A stretch of DNA of 38,063 bases from an uncultured Akkermansia sp. (lineage in GTDB: Bacteria; Verrucomicrobiota; Verrucomicrobiia; Opitutales; Opitutaceae): assembly GCA_966212385.1 (NCBI GenBank), contig CBIHRE010000001.1, positions 1 to 38,063 of the forward strand, given 5' to 3'. The notes beneath the pieces were generated by a model that was given only the letters and a program-made list of their open reading frames with translations, did not search any database and had not been told where the DNA came from. Of this stretch, positions 20,848 through 29,057 are shown piece after piece. The stretch's first letter is position 1. Each line of letters opens with the position of its first letter. The position numbers were made by a program, and so were the translations under genes.

Positions 20848-21822
20848 CTACCGATGCCGGAGCAGCTCGGCCGGGCTGACCGTCGCCGTGCCCATCTTTG
20901 AAACCACCACGCCGGCGGCCAGGTTGGCGATGCGCGCCGCGTCCACCGGGCTCGCTCCGCAGGCGAGCGCCGCGGTCAAAAACGCGATAACCGTGTCGCC
21001 CGCCCCGGAAACGTCGAACACCTCGCGCGCCTCGGTCGGGAGAATTTGCTCCACCTTCCCGCCACGCGACACCGCCATGCCGTCGGCGCCGAGCGTCACG
21101 ACGAGCACCTTCGGCGCGAACTCGGCGTGGATCCGCGCGCAGATTTCCTCGAGCGGATACGTCTCGCCCAACGCCGGCTCGGGCAGGCCCGCGAGCTGAA
21201 GCGCCTCGTGGCGGTTGGGCGTGATCAGGCCCGCGCCGCGCAGGTCGAGCTTGCGCGAGGGCTTCGGATCGATGGCCAACAATGCGCCGCTTTTCGCCGC
21301 GAGCTCGCGCACACGATCGAGCAGGGCCTGCGTCACCACGCCCTTCGCGTAGTCGGAGACTATCACCGCGTCGGCCTCGGCCACCGCCGCCGCGAGCGCC
21401 GCCTCGCCGGCCGGCTCCGCGAGCGGATCGTAGAGCCCGCGCGGCCCTTCGTGGTCGATACGGCAAAGCTGCTGGTGACGCGCCACGACCCGCGTCTTGA
21501 CGATGGTCGGCGTTCCCGCGCGGCGGAGACAGCGGCCGGCGGCGACGCCGTTCTGCTCGAGGATGGCGGCGAGCGATTTTCCGGTCTCGTCGGCGCCGAG
21601 GGTTCCGAAAACCGCGGCACGCGCGCCGGCGGCGGCGAGATTGTGCGCGACGTTGGCCGCGCCGCCCGCCACGCGCTTTTCCTCCGTCGCCTGCACCACC
21701 GGCACCGGCGCCTCGGGCGAGATGCGGTGCACGTCGCCAAGGATGTAGTGGTCGAGCATGAGGTCGCCGATCACGAGGATGCGGCGGGATGGAAAGGCGG
21801 CGAGAAGGTCGGCGGTGGTCAT
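20848..21822 (-). CDS. hldA: D-glycero-beta-D-manno-heptose-7-phosphate kinase (HldE/RfaE domain I, stand-alone)
   Basis: ILVIGDLMLDHY, RISPEAPVPVV, GGAANVA, SDYAKG, ITPNRHEA, VFDVSGAGDTV, AGVVVSKMGTA. Confidence 0.93.
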   Translation of the reverse strand: MTTADLLAAFPSRRILVIGDLMLDHYILGDVHRISPEAPVPVVQATEEKRVAGGAANVAHNLAAAGARAAVFGTLGADETGKSLAAILEQNGVAAGRCLRRAGTPTIVKTRVVARHQQLCRIDHEGPRGLYDPLAEPAGEAALAAAVAEADAVIVSDYAKGVVTQALLDRVRELAAKSGALLAIDPKPSRKLDLRGAGLITPNRHEALQLAGLPEPALGETYPLEEICARIHAEFAPKVLVVTLGADGMAVSRGGKVEQILPTEAREVFDVSGAGDTVIAFLTAALACGASPVDAARIANLAAGVVVSKMGTATVSPAELLRHR

Positions 21823-21876
21823 GCGCGCGGAAGCGGAAACGGTGAGTGCGGGAAAATCGCGGGCGGCGTTCTCGGC

Positions 21877-22461
21877 TCAGCTCCAGTCGTGGGCGTCGAT
21901 GCCCTCTAGCCACTGGTGCAGCACGAGCGTGTGCACTTCCTGGATACGCGCCGTGTTCTTGCTCGGCACGACGATCTCGTGGTCGCAGGTGCCGCGGGCC
22001 TTGCCGCCGTCCTTGCCGGCGAGAAGCACGGTGACGACGCCCCTCTTTTTCGCGGCGGCGAAGGCGGCGAGCACGTTGGCGCTGTTGCCGCTCGTGCTGA
22101 AGCCGACGAGCACGTCGCCGCGGCGGGCGAGCGCCTCGACCCCGCGCGAAAAGACGTGTTCGTAGCCGTAGTCGTTGCAGATGCAGGTGATCGCGGTCGG
22201 ATCGGCGTTGAGGCAGATCGCCGGCAAGGCACGACGCTCGCGCGAGTAGCGGCCCACCAGCTCCTCCGCGAGGTGGAGCGCGTCCGCCGCGCTGCCACCG
22301 TTGCCGCAGGTGAGGAGCGTGCCGCCGGTCTTCAGGCTGGCCAGGATCGCGGCGCCGGCCGCCTCGACCGCGGGCGCCAAGGCGTGCGCGGCCTCGAGAA
22401 CGGCACGAAGCTCGTCGACGCTCTGGGCGAAAGTCGGGGGAGTGCGGGAAGCGGACGACAT
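21877..22461 (-). CDS. gmhA: Phosphoheptose isomerase
   Basis: CGNGGSAADALH..EELVGR, NDYGYEHVFSR, STSGNS.NV, TARIQEVH; start ATG 22461. Confidence 0.95.
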   Translation of the reverse strand: MSSASRTPPTFAQSVDELRAVLEAAHALAPAVEAAGAAILASLKTGGTLLTCGNGGSAADALHLAEELVGRYSRERRALPAICLNADPTAITCICNDYGYEHVFSRGVEALARRGDVLVGFSTSGNSANVLAAFAAAKKRGVVTVLLAGKDGGKARGTCDHEIVVPSKNTARIQEVHTLVLHQWLEGIDAHDWS

Positions 22462-22492
22462 GGTGGGGAATCGATATGTTGACGGCGGCGGC

Positions 22493-23497
22493 TCAGAAGC
22501 CCGCGGTTTCGCCAAGGCGGCGGCCGGGGACGAGGTAGTTGGAAACGTAGTCGCGCACCGCGGCATCAAGCGAGTGCCGCGGACCGGACCAGCCGGTCGA
22601 GTCGAGGCGGGCGGTCTCGGCGCAGGTGTAGTATTGGTATTTGCCGCGCAGCGCGTCGGGCAGAGGCACGAAATCGATCCGCACGGGCAACCCGAGCGCG
22701 CCGAAGATCGGGGTGACGAGCTCGATCCAGGTCGAGGCGCGGCCGGAGCCGATGTTGTAGAGACCGCGCGCGGCGGACGTCTCGGCGAGGTGGAGCGTGG
22801 CGGCGACGGCGTCCTTCACGTAGAAGAAATCGCGCTTCTGCTCTCCGTCACGGTAGTCGGGGCGCTCGCTCTTGAAGAGGCTCACGCGACCGGTGGACTG
22901 GATCTGCGCGGTGGCTTTGTGGACCACGCTGCGCATGTCGGCCTTATGATCCTCGTTCGGGCCGAAGATGTTGAAATACTTGAGGCCGACGAGACCTCGC
23001 TCGAACCAGCCCTGGCGCTTCGCATGCTGGTCGAAGAAGTGCTTCGAGTAGCCGTAGGCGTTGAGCGGCCGGTAGAGGTCGAGCTTGTCCTGGCCGTCCT
23101 GCATGCCCTGCGCGCCGTCGCCGTAGGTGGCGGCGGAGGAGGCGTAGACGAAGCGGCGTCCGCCGGCGAGCGACCACTCCGCGAGGCGCCGCGTGTAGTC
23201 GTAGTTGTTGTCCATCAGGAAACGCGCGTCGCGCTCCGTGGTGGCCGAGCAGGCGCCGAGATGGAAAACCCATTTCACCGAGCGCAACACGGGATCGTCG
23301 AGCCGCGCCCAGAGCGCATCGGCGTCGATGTAGTCGGCGTAGCGCAGCGAGACCAGGTTGCGCCATTTCTCGTCGGTGCCGAGGCGATCGGTCGCGAGGA
23401 TGTTTTCGCAACCGCGGCGATTCAGCTCCCAGATGACGGCGCTGCCGATCATGCCGGCCGCTCCGGTGACGAGAATGGTGTCGGAGGCTTGGATCAT
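22493..23497 (-). CDS. hldD: ADP-L-glycero-D-manno-heptose 6-epimerase
   Basis: ILVTGAAGMIGS, FHLGACSATTE, YASSAATYG, PLNAYGYSK, LKYFNIFGPNEDHK, RDFFYVKD, YQYYTCA. Confidence 0.96.
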   Translation of the reverse strand: MIQASDTILVTGAAGMIGSAVIWELNRRGCENILATDRLGTDEKWRNLVSLRYADYIDADALWARLDDPVLRSVKWVFHLGACSATTERDARFLMDNNYDYTRRLAEWSLAGGRRFVYASSAATYGDGAQGMQDGQDKLDLYRPLNAYGYSKHFFDQHAKRQGWFERGLVGLKYFNIFGPNEDHKADMRSVVHKATAQIQSTGRVSLFKSERPDYRDGEQKRDFFYVKDAVAATLHLAETSAARGLYNIGSGRASTWIELVTPIFGALGLPVRIDFVPLPDALRGKYQYYTCAETARLDSTGWSGPRHSLDAAVRDYVSNYLVPGRRLGETAGF

Positions 23498-23538
23498 CGA
23501 AAGCGAGAACGAGAAAGAGGACGGCTGTCGCGTGGAAA

Positions 23539-24036
23539 TCAGCCGCGGGCGCTCGCACCTTTGGCGATCAGGCCGGTGGTGGAGTGTCCTGCGACAAAGG
23601 GCATGATGCGGATCTCGGCGCCGACCGCGAGCAGGGCTTCGCGCTCGGAGGCGTCGAGCGTCTCGATCGTGTAATCGCCGGCCTTGGTGTAGACATCGGG
23701 CCGGAGCGCGCGGATCTCGGGGGCCAAACGCGGGCCGGCGAAGACAAAGGTCGCCGCGACGCAGCGCAGGCTCGCGAGAGCGTAGGCGCGGTCGAGCTCG
23801 GCGTTGAGCGGGCGGGTCGGGCCCTTGAGGGCGCGCACGGAGGCGTCGCTGTTGACCGCCACGATCAGCAGGTCTCCAAGAGCGGCGGAGTTGTGCAGAT
23901 ACTCGATGTGGCCGCGGTGCAGCAGGTCGAAGACGCCGTTCGTCAGCACCACGCGTTTGCCCTGCGCCCGCGCGGTCTCGCGCCAGGCGAGGGAGGCGGC
24001 GAGGTCGAAGACTTGGGGCGCGGGAATCTGGCTCAT
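23539..24036 (-). CDS. hldC: D-glycero-beta-D-manno-heptose 1-phosphate adenylyltransferase (HldE/RfaE domain II, stand-alone)
   Basis: VLTNGVFDLLHRGH, LIVAVNSDASVRALKGPTRP, PDVYTKAGDY, GHSTT. Confidence 0.94.
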   Translation of the reverse strand: MSQIPAPQVFDLAASLAWRETARAQGKRVVLTNGVFDLLHRGHIEYLHNSAALGDLLIVAVNSDASVRALKGPTRPLNAELDRAYALASLRCVAATFVFAGPRLAPEIRALRPDVYTKAGDYTIETLDASEREALLAVGAEIRIMPFVAGHSTTGLIAKGASARG

Positions 24037-24584
24037 GCGGACCACGACAAGACGTGGTCGATGGCCGCGCGGAAAGACGGAAATATCGGGTATTGCCCGA
24101 GCCCGGCCTCCCGCAGCTCGGCGGCGAGATCGTCCAGCCCGGTCGCGACGCCGACCGCACGCGTTCCGGCGGCGTGGCCCGTCTCGATGTCCGAGCCGCG
24201 ATCGCCGATGTAGCAAATCTCCTGCGGCTGGTAGCCGAACTCGGCCATGATCTCCCGCGCAAATCGCGGCGAGGGTTTGCGATACACCGCCGGCTCTTTC
24301 GGGTGTTCCGGCGCCGTGCAGACGCGGGTAAACAAATCCGGACCAAGGCCGAGCAGCTCGATCATCCGCGCCGTGCAGGCCTCCGCGTCGGCCACGGTAA
24401 ACAAGCCGCGCCCCACGCCGGATTGGTTGGTGTGCAGGAAGAGCTTCAGGCCCGCCGCCCGGGCGGCGACCAGCGCCTCGCGCACTTCGGGCAAGACGCG
24501 CACCTCCTCGGGTTTATGCATGTAGGGCACGTGCTCGATGAGCGTGCCGTCTCGGTCCAGGACGAGGGCTTTGATCGCGGGCAT
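24033..24584 (-). CDS. gmhB: D,D-heptose 1,7-bisphosphate phosphatase (HAD-IIIA)
   Basis: LDRDGTL, TNQSGVGRG, RKPSP, IGDRGSDIETG; lies within the heptose operon. Confidence 0.9.
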   Translation of the reverse strand: MPAIKALVLDRDGTLIEHVPYMHKPEEVRVLPEVREALVAARAAGLKLFLHTNQSGVGRGLFTVADAEACTARMIELLGLGPDLFTRVCTAPEHPKEPAVYRKPSPRFAREIMAEFGYQPQEICYIGDRGSDIETGHAAGTRAVGVATGLDDLAAELREAGLGQYPIFPSFRAAIDHVLSWSA

Positions 24585-24589
24585 GAGTT

Positions 24590-25531
24590 TTAATCGGCGC
24601 GCAAACGCAGGGCGGCGAGCACGCGCTCGGCTTCGAGGTCGACGAGATTCGCCTCCTGCACCACGTCCACGTCCGGACCGCGCGGACGCATGCGCACGGG
24701 ATCGCTGTGGCCCGACATGACGACGAGGGTGGGCGCGCCGACCGCGGCGGTGATGTGGACGGGGCCGGTGTCGTTGCCCACCACGCCGCGGGCGCGGCGC
24801 GCGAGGGCGCCGAGCTGCTTGAGGCTGGTGCGGCCGCACAGGTTCACCACCACCGGCGCGGCGGCGCAGAGTTCGTCGATCGAGGCCTGATCCGCCGCGG
24901 TGCCGATGACGACCGAGGCGAGCCCGCGTTTCTCGGCGAGCAGGCGGGCGAGGTCGGCGTAGCGCGCGGCGGGCCAGCGTTTTTCCAGGCGATGGGGCGC
25001 GCATCCCGGCACCAGCAGCACGAAGCGCTCGGGCAAGGCGGGCAGTCCGTCGAGCGGCGCGTCGAGCCCGGAAAGATCCACGGCGTGAGCGAGCCGTGAC
25101 ACGCCGGCGGTCGCGATCATGCGCAGCTGGCGCTCAGGCACGGGAAGATTCGCCGTGCGGTATTCGGGCCACGGATGCGAGCAGCCGCGCGCGTTGCCCA
25201 CCCACTCGGGGCGGCGACCGGGGCCGAGCAGGCGGTGGTAAACGGCGGTGCGACCGTTGCACTGAAGGTCGTAGACACGGGCGAAATTCCCCGCGCGCAG
25301 GCGTCGCCGCATCGCCAGCCATTGGTCAAGACGGATGCCACGGGGGGTGAGGTCGGTTATCACTTCGTCGAACCATGGCAGATCGGCGGCGAATTTCGCG
25401 AAGGCCGGACGCGTCAGCAGGCTGACGCGGTCGCCGACGTGGTGCGCGCGGATCGCCTGGAAAGCGTCCATCGCGAGGAACAGGTCCCCGAGCGCCCCGA
25501 GTTTGATGACGAGGATGTTGCGTGCGGCCAT
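24590..25531 (-). CDS. GT9 family heptosyltransferase (WaaF/WaaC-like)
   Basis: ILVIKLGALGD, VYDLQ, PG...EKRWP, NLCGRTSL, VGNDTGPVHI.AAVGAPT. Confidence 0.92.
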   Translation of the reverse strand: MAARNILVIKLGALGDLFLAMDAFQAIRAHHVGDRVSLLTRPAFAKFAADLPWFDEVITDLTPRGIRLDQWLAMRRRLRAGNFARVYDLQCNGRTAVYHRLLGPGRRPEWVGNARGCSHPWPEYRTANLPVPERQLRMIATAGVSRLAHAVDLSGLDAPLDGLPALPERFVLLVPGCAPHRLEKRWPAARYADLARLLAEKRGLASVVIGTAADQASIDELCAAAPVVVNLCGRTSLKQLGALARRARGVVGNDTGPVHITAAVGAPTLVVMSGHSDPVRMRPRGPDVDVVQEANLVDLEAERVLAALRLRAD

Positions 25532-25556
25532 TGCGCGGGCGGCGACGGACGGGCGC

Positions 25557-26834
25557 TCAGGCCTTGTAATACTTCTTCGGACGGCGCGCGGGCGAGATCG
25601 CGTTGCGCGTGTCGACGACCGGGATCGGAAAAGCCGAGAAATCGAAGGTCTTGTAGGCCTCGTGGCCGGTGGAGAGGAGGATCAGGTCGTGGTCCGGCGT
25701 GATCGCGGCGACGGACTTGCGGCCGGCGTATTCGGCGTGCTCGCGGGTCTTCGGCACCACCGGCACGAAAGGATCGTGATACTCGACCTTCGCGCCGAGC
25801 GCCTCGAGCTTCTGGATGAGCTTGTAGGTGGGCGACTCGCGATCGTCGTCGACGTTGGCCTTGTAGGCGAGACCGAGGATCAGCACGCGCGCGCCTTTCA
25901 CGGACTTGGCTTCCTGATTGAGCGCCTCGAAACAAACCTTCACCACGTGGTCCGGCATCGCGGTGTTGATCTCGCCGGCGAGCTCGATGAAGCGCGTGTG
26001 CTGGCCGAACTCGCGCGCCTTCCAAGTGAGGTAGAAGGGGTCGATCGGGATGCAGTGCCCGCCGAGGCCGGGGCCGGGGTAAAAGGGCATGTAGCCGAAG
26101 GGCTTGGTCTTGGCCGCCTCGACGACCTCCCAGATGTCGATGCCCATGGCGCCGTAGACGAGCTTGAGCTCGTTGACCAAGGCGATGTTCACCGAGCGGA
26201 AGATGTTCTCCAGCAGCTTGGTCGCCTCGGCGGCGCGGCAGGAGCTGACCGGCACGAGCTTCTCGATGGCGCGGCCGTAGAGCGCGAGCGCCTTTTCGAG
26301 GCACGCCGGCGTGTAGCCGCCGACGACCTTCGGGATGCGAGCAACCTTGCTGTCGGGGTTGCCCGGATCTTCGCGCTCGGGGGAAAACGCCAGATGGAAG
26401 TCGACGCCGGCCTTCAGCCCCGAGCCGGCTTCGAGCACTTCGCGCAACTCACCATCGGTCGTGCCAGGATAGGTCGTGGACTCGAGCACGACGAGCATGC
26501 CCTTGCGGAGGTGCGGCGCGAGGGAGCGGCCGGTGTCGAGCACGTAGCTGAGATCGGGCTCGCGGAACGCGTTGAGCGGGGTCGGCACGCAGAGCACGAC
26601 TGCCTCGACCTCGCTCGCGCGGGAAAAGTCGGTGCTCGCCGAAAAGCGGCCGGCGGCGTGCTGCTCGGCCACAGCCTCGGCGGGGATGTGCTTGATGTAG
26701 GTGCGGCCGGCGTTGATCGCCTCGATCTTCTTCGGATCGATGTCCAGACCCAGCACGCGGCAGCCCGAACGGGCAAATTGCAACGAGAGGGGCAGGCCGA
26801 CGTAGCCGAGACCGACGATCGCGAGGGAGTTCAT
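25557..26834 (-). CDS. UDP-glucose/GDP-mannose dehydrogenase family (WbpA/WecC-like UDP-N-acetylhexosamine 6-dehydrogenase)
   Basis: IVGLGYVGLPL, CVPTPL, LESTTYPGTT, FSPEREDPGN, KLLENIFRSVNIALVNE, PGPGLGGHCIPIDP, GLAYKANVDDDRESP. Confidence 0.93.
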   Translation of the reverse strand: MNSLAIVGLGYVGLPLSLQFARSGCRVLGLDIDPKKIEAINAGRTYIKHIPAEAVAEQHAAGRFSASTDFSRASEVEAVVLCVPTPLNAFREPDLSYVLDTGRSLAPHLRKGMLVVLESTTYPGTTDGELREVLEAGSGLKAGVDFHLAFSPEREDPGNPDSKVARIPKVVGGYTPACLEKALALYGRAIEKLVPVSSCRAAEATKLLENIFRSVNIALVNELKLVYGAMGIDIWEVVEAAKTKPFGYMPFYPGPGLGGHCIPIDPFYLTWKAREFGQHTRFIELAGEINTAMPDHVVKVCFEALNQEAKSVKGARVLILGLAYKANVDDDRESPTYKLIQKLEALGAKVEYHDPFVPVVPKTREHAEYAGRKSVAAITPDHDLILLSTGHEAYKTFDFSAFPIPVVDTRNAISPARRPKKYYKA

Positions 26835-26910
26835 GAAGCCGGACAGAGCAACCGGCCCCGCGCGCGGCTTCAAGACCGGGCTTTGGCCCCCAAACGGAGG
26901 TCCCGGGAGC

Positions 26911-28029
26911 TCAGGCCCCGCGCGGCGTCGCCAGCAGTTCGCGGTAGACCGCCTCGGTCGAGCGACACATCGCCTCCAGCGTGTAGGCCGCGGGGATCGG
27001 CCCCGGCACGGGACGCTCGGCCAACACGCGCCGCGTCACCGCCAACAGCCCCGCCTCGTCCCCAAGCCGCACGCAGCCGGCGGGAAAAATCGTGCGCAAC
27101 TGCTCCCCCACCCCGCCGTGGTCGTAGCCCACGAAACGCCGCCCCAGCGCCAAAGCCTCCACGACCGTGCGCCCGAAGGACTCCGGCTGCTGCGAAAGCG
27201 AGAGCACCACGTCGCTCACCGCCATGATCTCGCGGAGATCCGAGCGGTGCCCAAGGAAGGAGACGTCGGCGCCGAGTCCGAGCGTCGAGACCTTGGCGCG
27301 CAACTCGTCGAGGTAGGCACGTTTCTTCGGGTGCGTGTCGCCGACCACGAGCCCGTGCGCCGGCAAGCCGCCGATCTTGAGCGCCGCGATCAACGCGAAG
27401 AAATCCTCGTGCCCTTTCAGCCGCGTGATCCGCCCCGGCAGAAGCAGCAGGACCTTGCCCGCCAGCGCCGCCTGCTCGCGCCGCCATGTCTCGAGCCACG
27501 CCGCGTCGGGCGTGAAGCCGCGCGGATTGCGCTCCAGTTCCACGCCGCGCGGGATCACCCGGATCGCCGACTCCGGCGTCTTGGGAAAATTCTCGCGCAC
27601 GTAGTCGCGGATACACTCGGAGACCGCGATCACGCGCTCCCCGCGCGTCATGATCGCCGAGTAGGCGTTCACCGAGTAAAACCCGTGCACCGTGCTGACG
27701 AAGCGCGGGCGCGAAGCCGGGGCCATTTTGCGCAGCGCCAGCCACGCCACCCAGCCCGGCACGCGGGAACGGATGTGCACGATGTCGGGTTTCTCCGCCT
27801 CGAAAAGCCGGCGCAGCGGACGCACCTGCAGAAGCGTGCCGAGACGCTTCTTGTGCACGGGCAACGCGAGGTGGCGCGCGCCGGCTTTTTCCAAGGCCGG
27901 CACCTGGCGCCCGCCATTCGACACGACCACGGCCTCGTGCCCCGCGCGCACGAGGTGCGAGGCGATCTCGATCGTGCCACGCTCGACGCCGCCGGCGTTC
28001 AGTTCGGGAAGAATTTGCAGGACCTTCAT
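26911..28029 (-). CDS. GT4 family glycosyltransferase
   Basis: MKVLQILPELNAGGVERGT, HIRSRVPGW, STVHGFYS, PGRITRLKG, ESFGRTVVEALALG, HGGVGE. Confidence 0.93.
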   Translation of the reverse strand: MKVLQILPELNAGGVERGTIEIASHLVRAGHEAVVVSNGGRQVPALEKAGARHLALPVHKKRLGTLLQVRPLRRLFEAEKPDIVHIRSRVPGWVAWLALRKMAPASRPRFVSTVHGFYSVNAYSAIMTRGERVIAVSECIRDYVRENFPKTPESAIRVIPRGVELERNPRGFTPDAAWLETWRREQAALAGKVLLLLPGRITRLKGHEDFFALIAALKIGGLPAHGLVVGDTHPKKRAYLDELRAKVSTLGLGADVSFLGHRSDLREIMAVSDVVLSLSQQPESFGRTVVEALALGRRFVGYDHGGVGEQLRTIFPAGCVRLGDEAGLLAVTRRVLAERPVPGPIPAAYTLEAMCRSTEAVYRELLATPRGA

Positions 28030-29057
28030 CGGGAGACAGGTGCGGACGCGGCAGAGGCCGCCGAAAACCAGCGCGCCAAGATCAGATCCGCGCAACGTCC
28101 CGCCTCATGGAAACGCGTCGACGGCGGCGTCGCCCGCCCGGGAAACTCCGTCGCCAGCCCCGCCGCGATCAAGCCTGCCACCGCGCGCGCCGGACGCCCG
28201 CCGTCGCCACCCGCCTTGGCCGGCGGCACCGGCAACACGCCCGTCGCCGCTCCCGCCGTGAGCGCCTCGTGCACCATCGAAACGCTGTCCGCCGTCACCC
28301 AAACCAGCGCCGAGCGCGCCAGCTCGCCCGCGAGCCAACCGGGGCCGGTTTCCTGATGAGGCACCTTCGTCGCCCTCACGCCCGCCGGCAGCTCCAGCCC
28401 GCGCAAAAATCCGTCGGGCGTGCGCCGCGAGTCGCCCACGATCCACTCCAACTCCGGCCGCGCCGCGATCACGCGCGCCACCATCGGAGCCAGCGCCGCG
28501 CCGTCCCAGCCGTGGTGTTTCGACGGTCCGCCGAGCAGCACCAACCCGCGCGCTTCCTTCGTCGGCAAATCCTCCGGCACGCGATTCAAGGCGCCGCGCG
28601 TCAGCACGCGTTTCTCCGAATCCGCCGCGCCCTCCGCCGCGTCGTGCCGCGGCACGAGCGCGAGATCGAAAAACGCCAGCGGGAGGCTCGGCTTCATGAT
28701 CACCACAGAGCGCGCCCCAAACTTCCGCGCCGCCCACCACAGCGGCAGATGCGTGCGGTGCCCGGCCGCGATCACCAAGTCGGGTTTAGTGGCACGGGCA
28801 TCTCGCCCGTGTTCGTTCGTTCCCGACCCCATGGGCGGGACGCCCATGCCACTCAGCGCCGCCGCCGCGCGCATCCGCGCCCACACCGACGCCTTCGGAT
28901 CAACTTTCACCACTTCGTGCGTCGCGCCCGTGCGCCGCGCCAACGCGAGCGCGAGCCCGACGCTTTGGTTTTCGTGCCCCGGGCGACCGTCCGACAACAC
29001 GCGGATGTGCCGCAACACCCGCCGCCCTGGCGCCTGCGTTCCTTCGACGACGCTCAT
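28026..29057 (-). CDS. ELM1/GtrOC1 family putative glycosyltransferase, containing an in-frame repeat insertion
   Basis: LSDGRPGHENQSVGLA, PDLVIAAGHRTH, FDLALVPRHD, LLGGPSKH, SRRTP, VTADSVSMVHEA; ATGA overlaps on both sides. Confidence 0.88.
   Translation of the reverse strand: MSVVEGTQAPGRRVLRHIRVLSDGRPGHENQSVGLALALARRTGATHEVVKVDPKASVWARMRAAAALSGMGVPPMGSGTNEHGRDARATKPDLVIAAGHRTHLPLWWAARKFGARSVVIMKPSLPLAFFDLALVPRHDAAEGAADSEKRVLTRGALNRVPEDLPTKEARGLVLLGGPSKHHGWDGAALAPMVARVIAARPELEWIVGDSRRTPDGFLRGLELPAGVRATKVPHQETGPGWLAGELARSALVWVTADSVSMVHEALTAGAATGVLPVPPAKAGGDGGRPARAVAGLIAAGLATEFPGRATPPSTRFHEAGRCADLILARWFSAASAASAPVSR
28788..28853. repeat. Inverted REP doublet inside the ELM1 CDS (66 bp, in frame)
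   Basis: A-GTGG-CACGGGCA-TCT-CGCCCGTG, an 18-bp spacer, then CATGGGCG-GGA-CGCCCATG-CCAC-T; encodes SGMGVPPMGSGTNEHGRDARAT. The same unit occurs at 37553 and 37964. Confidence 0.88.
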
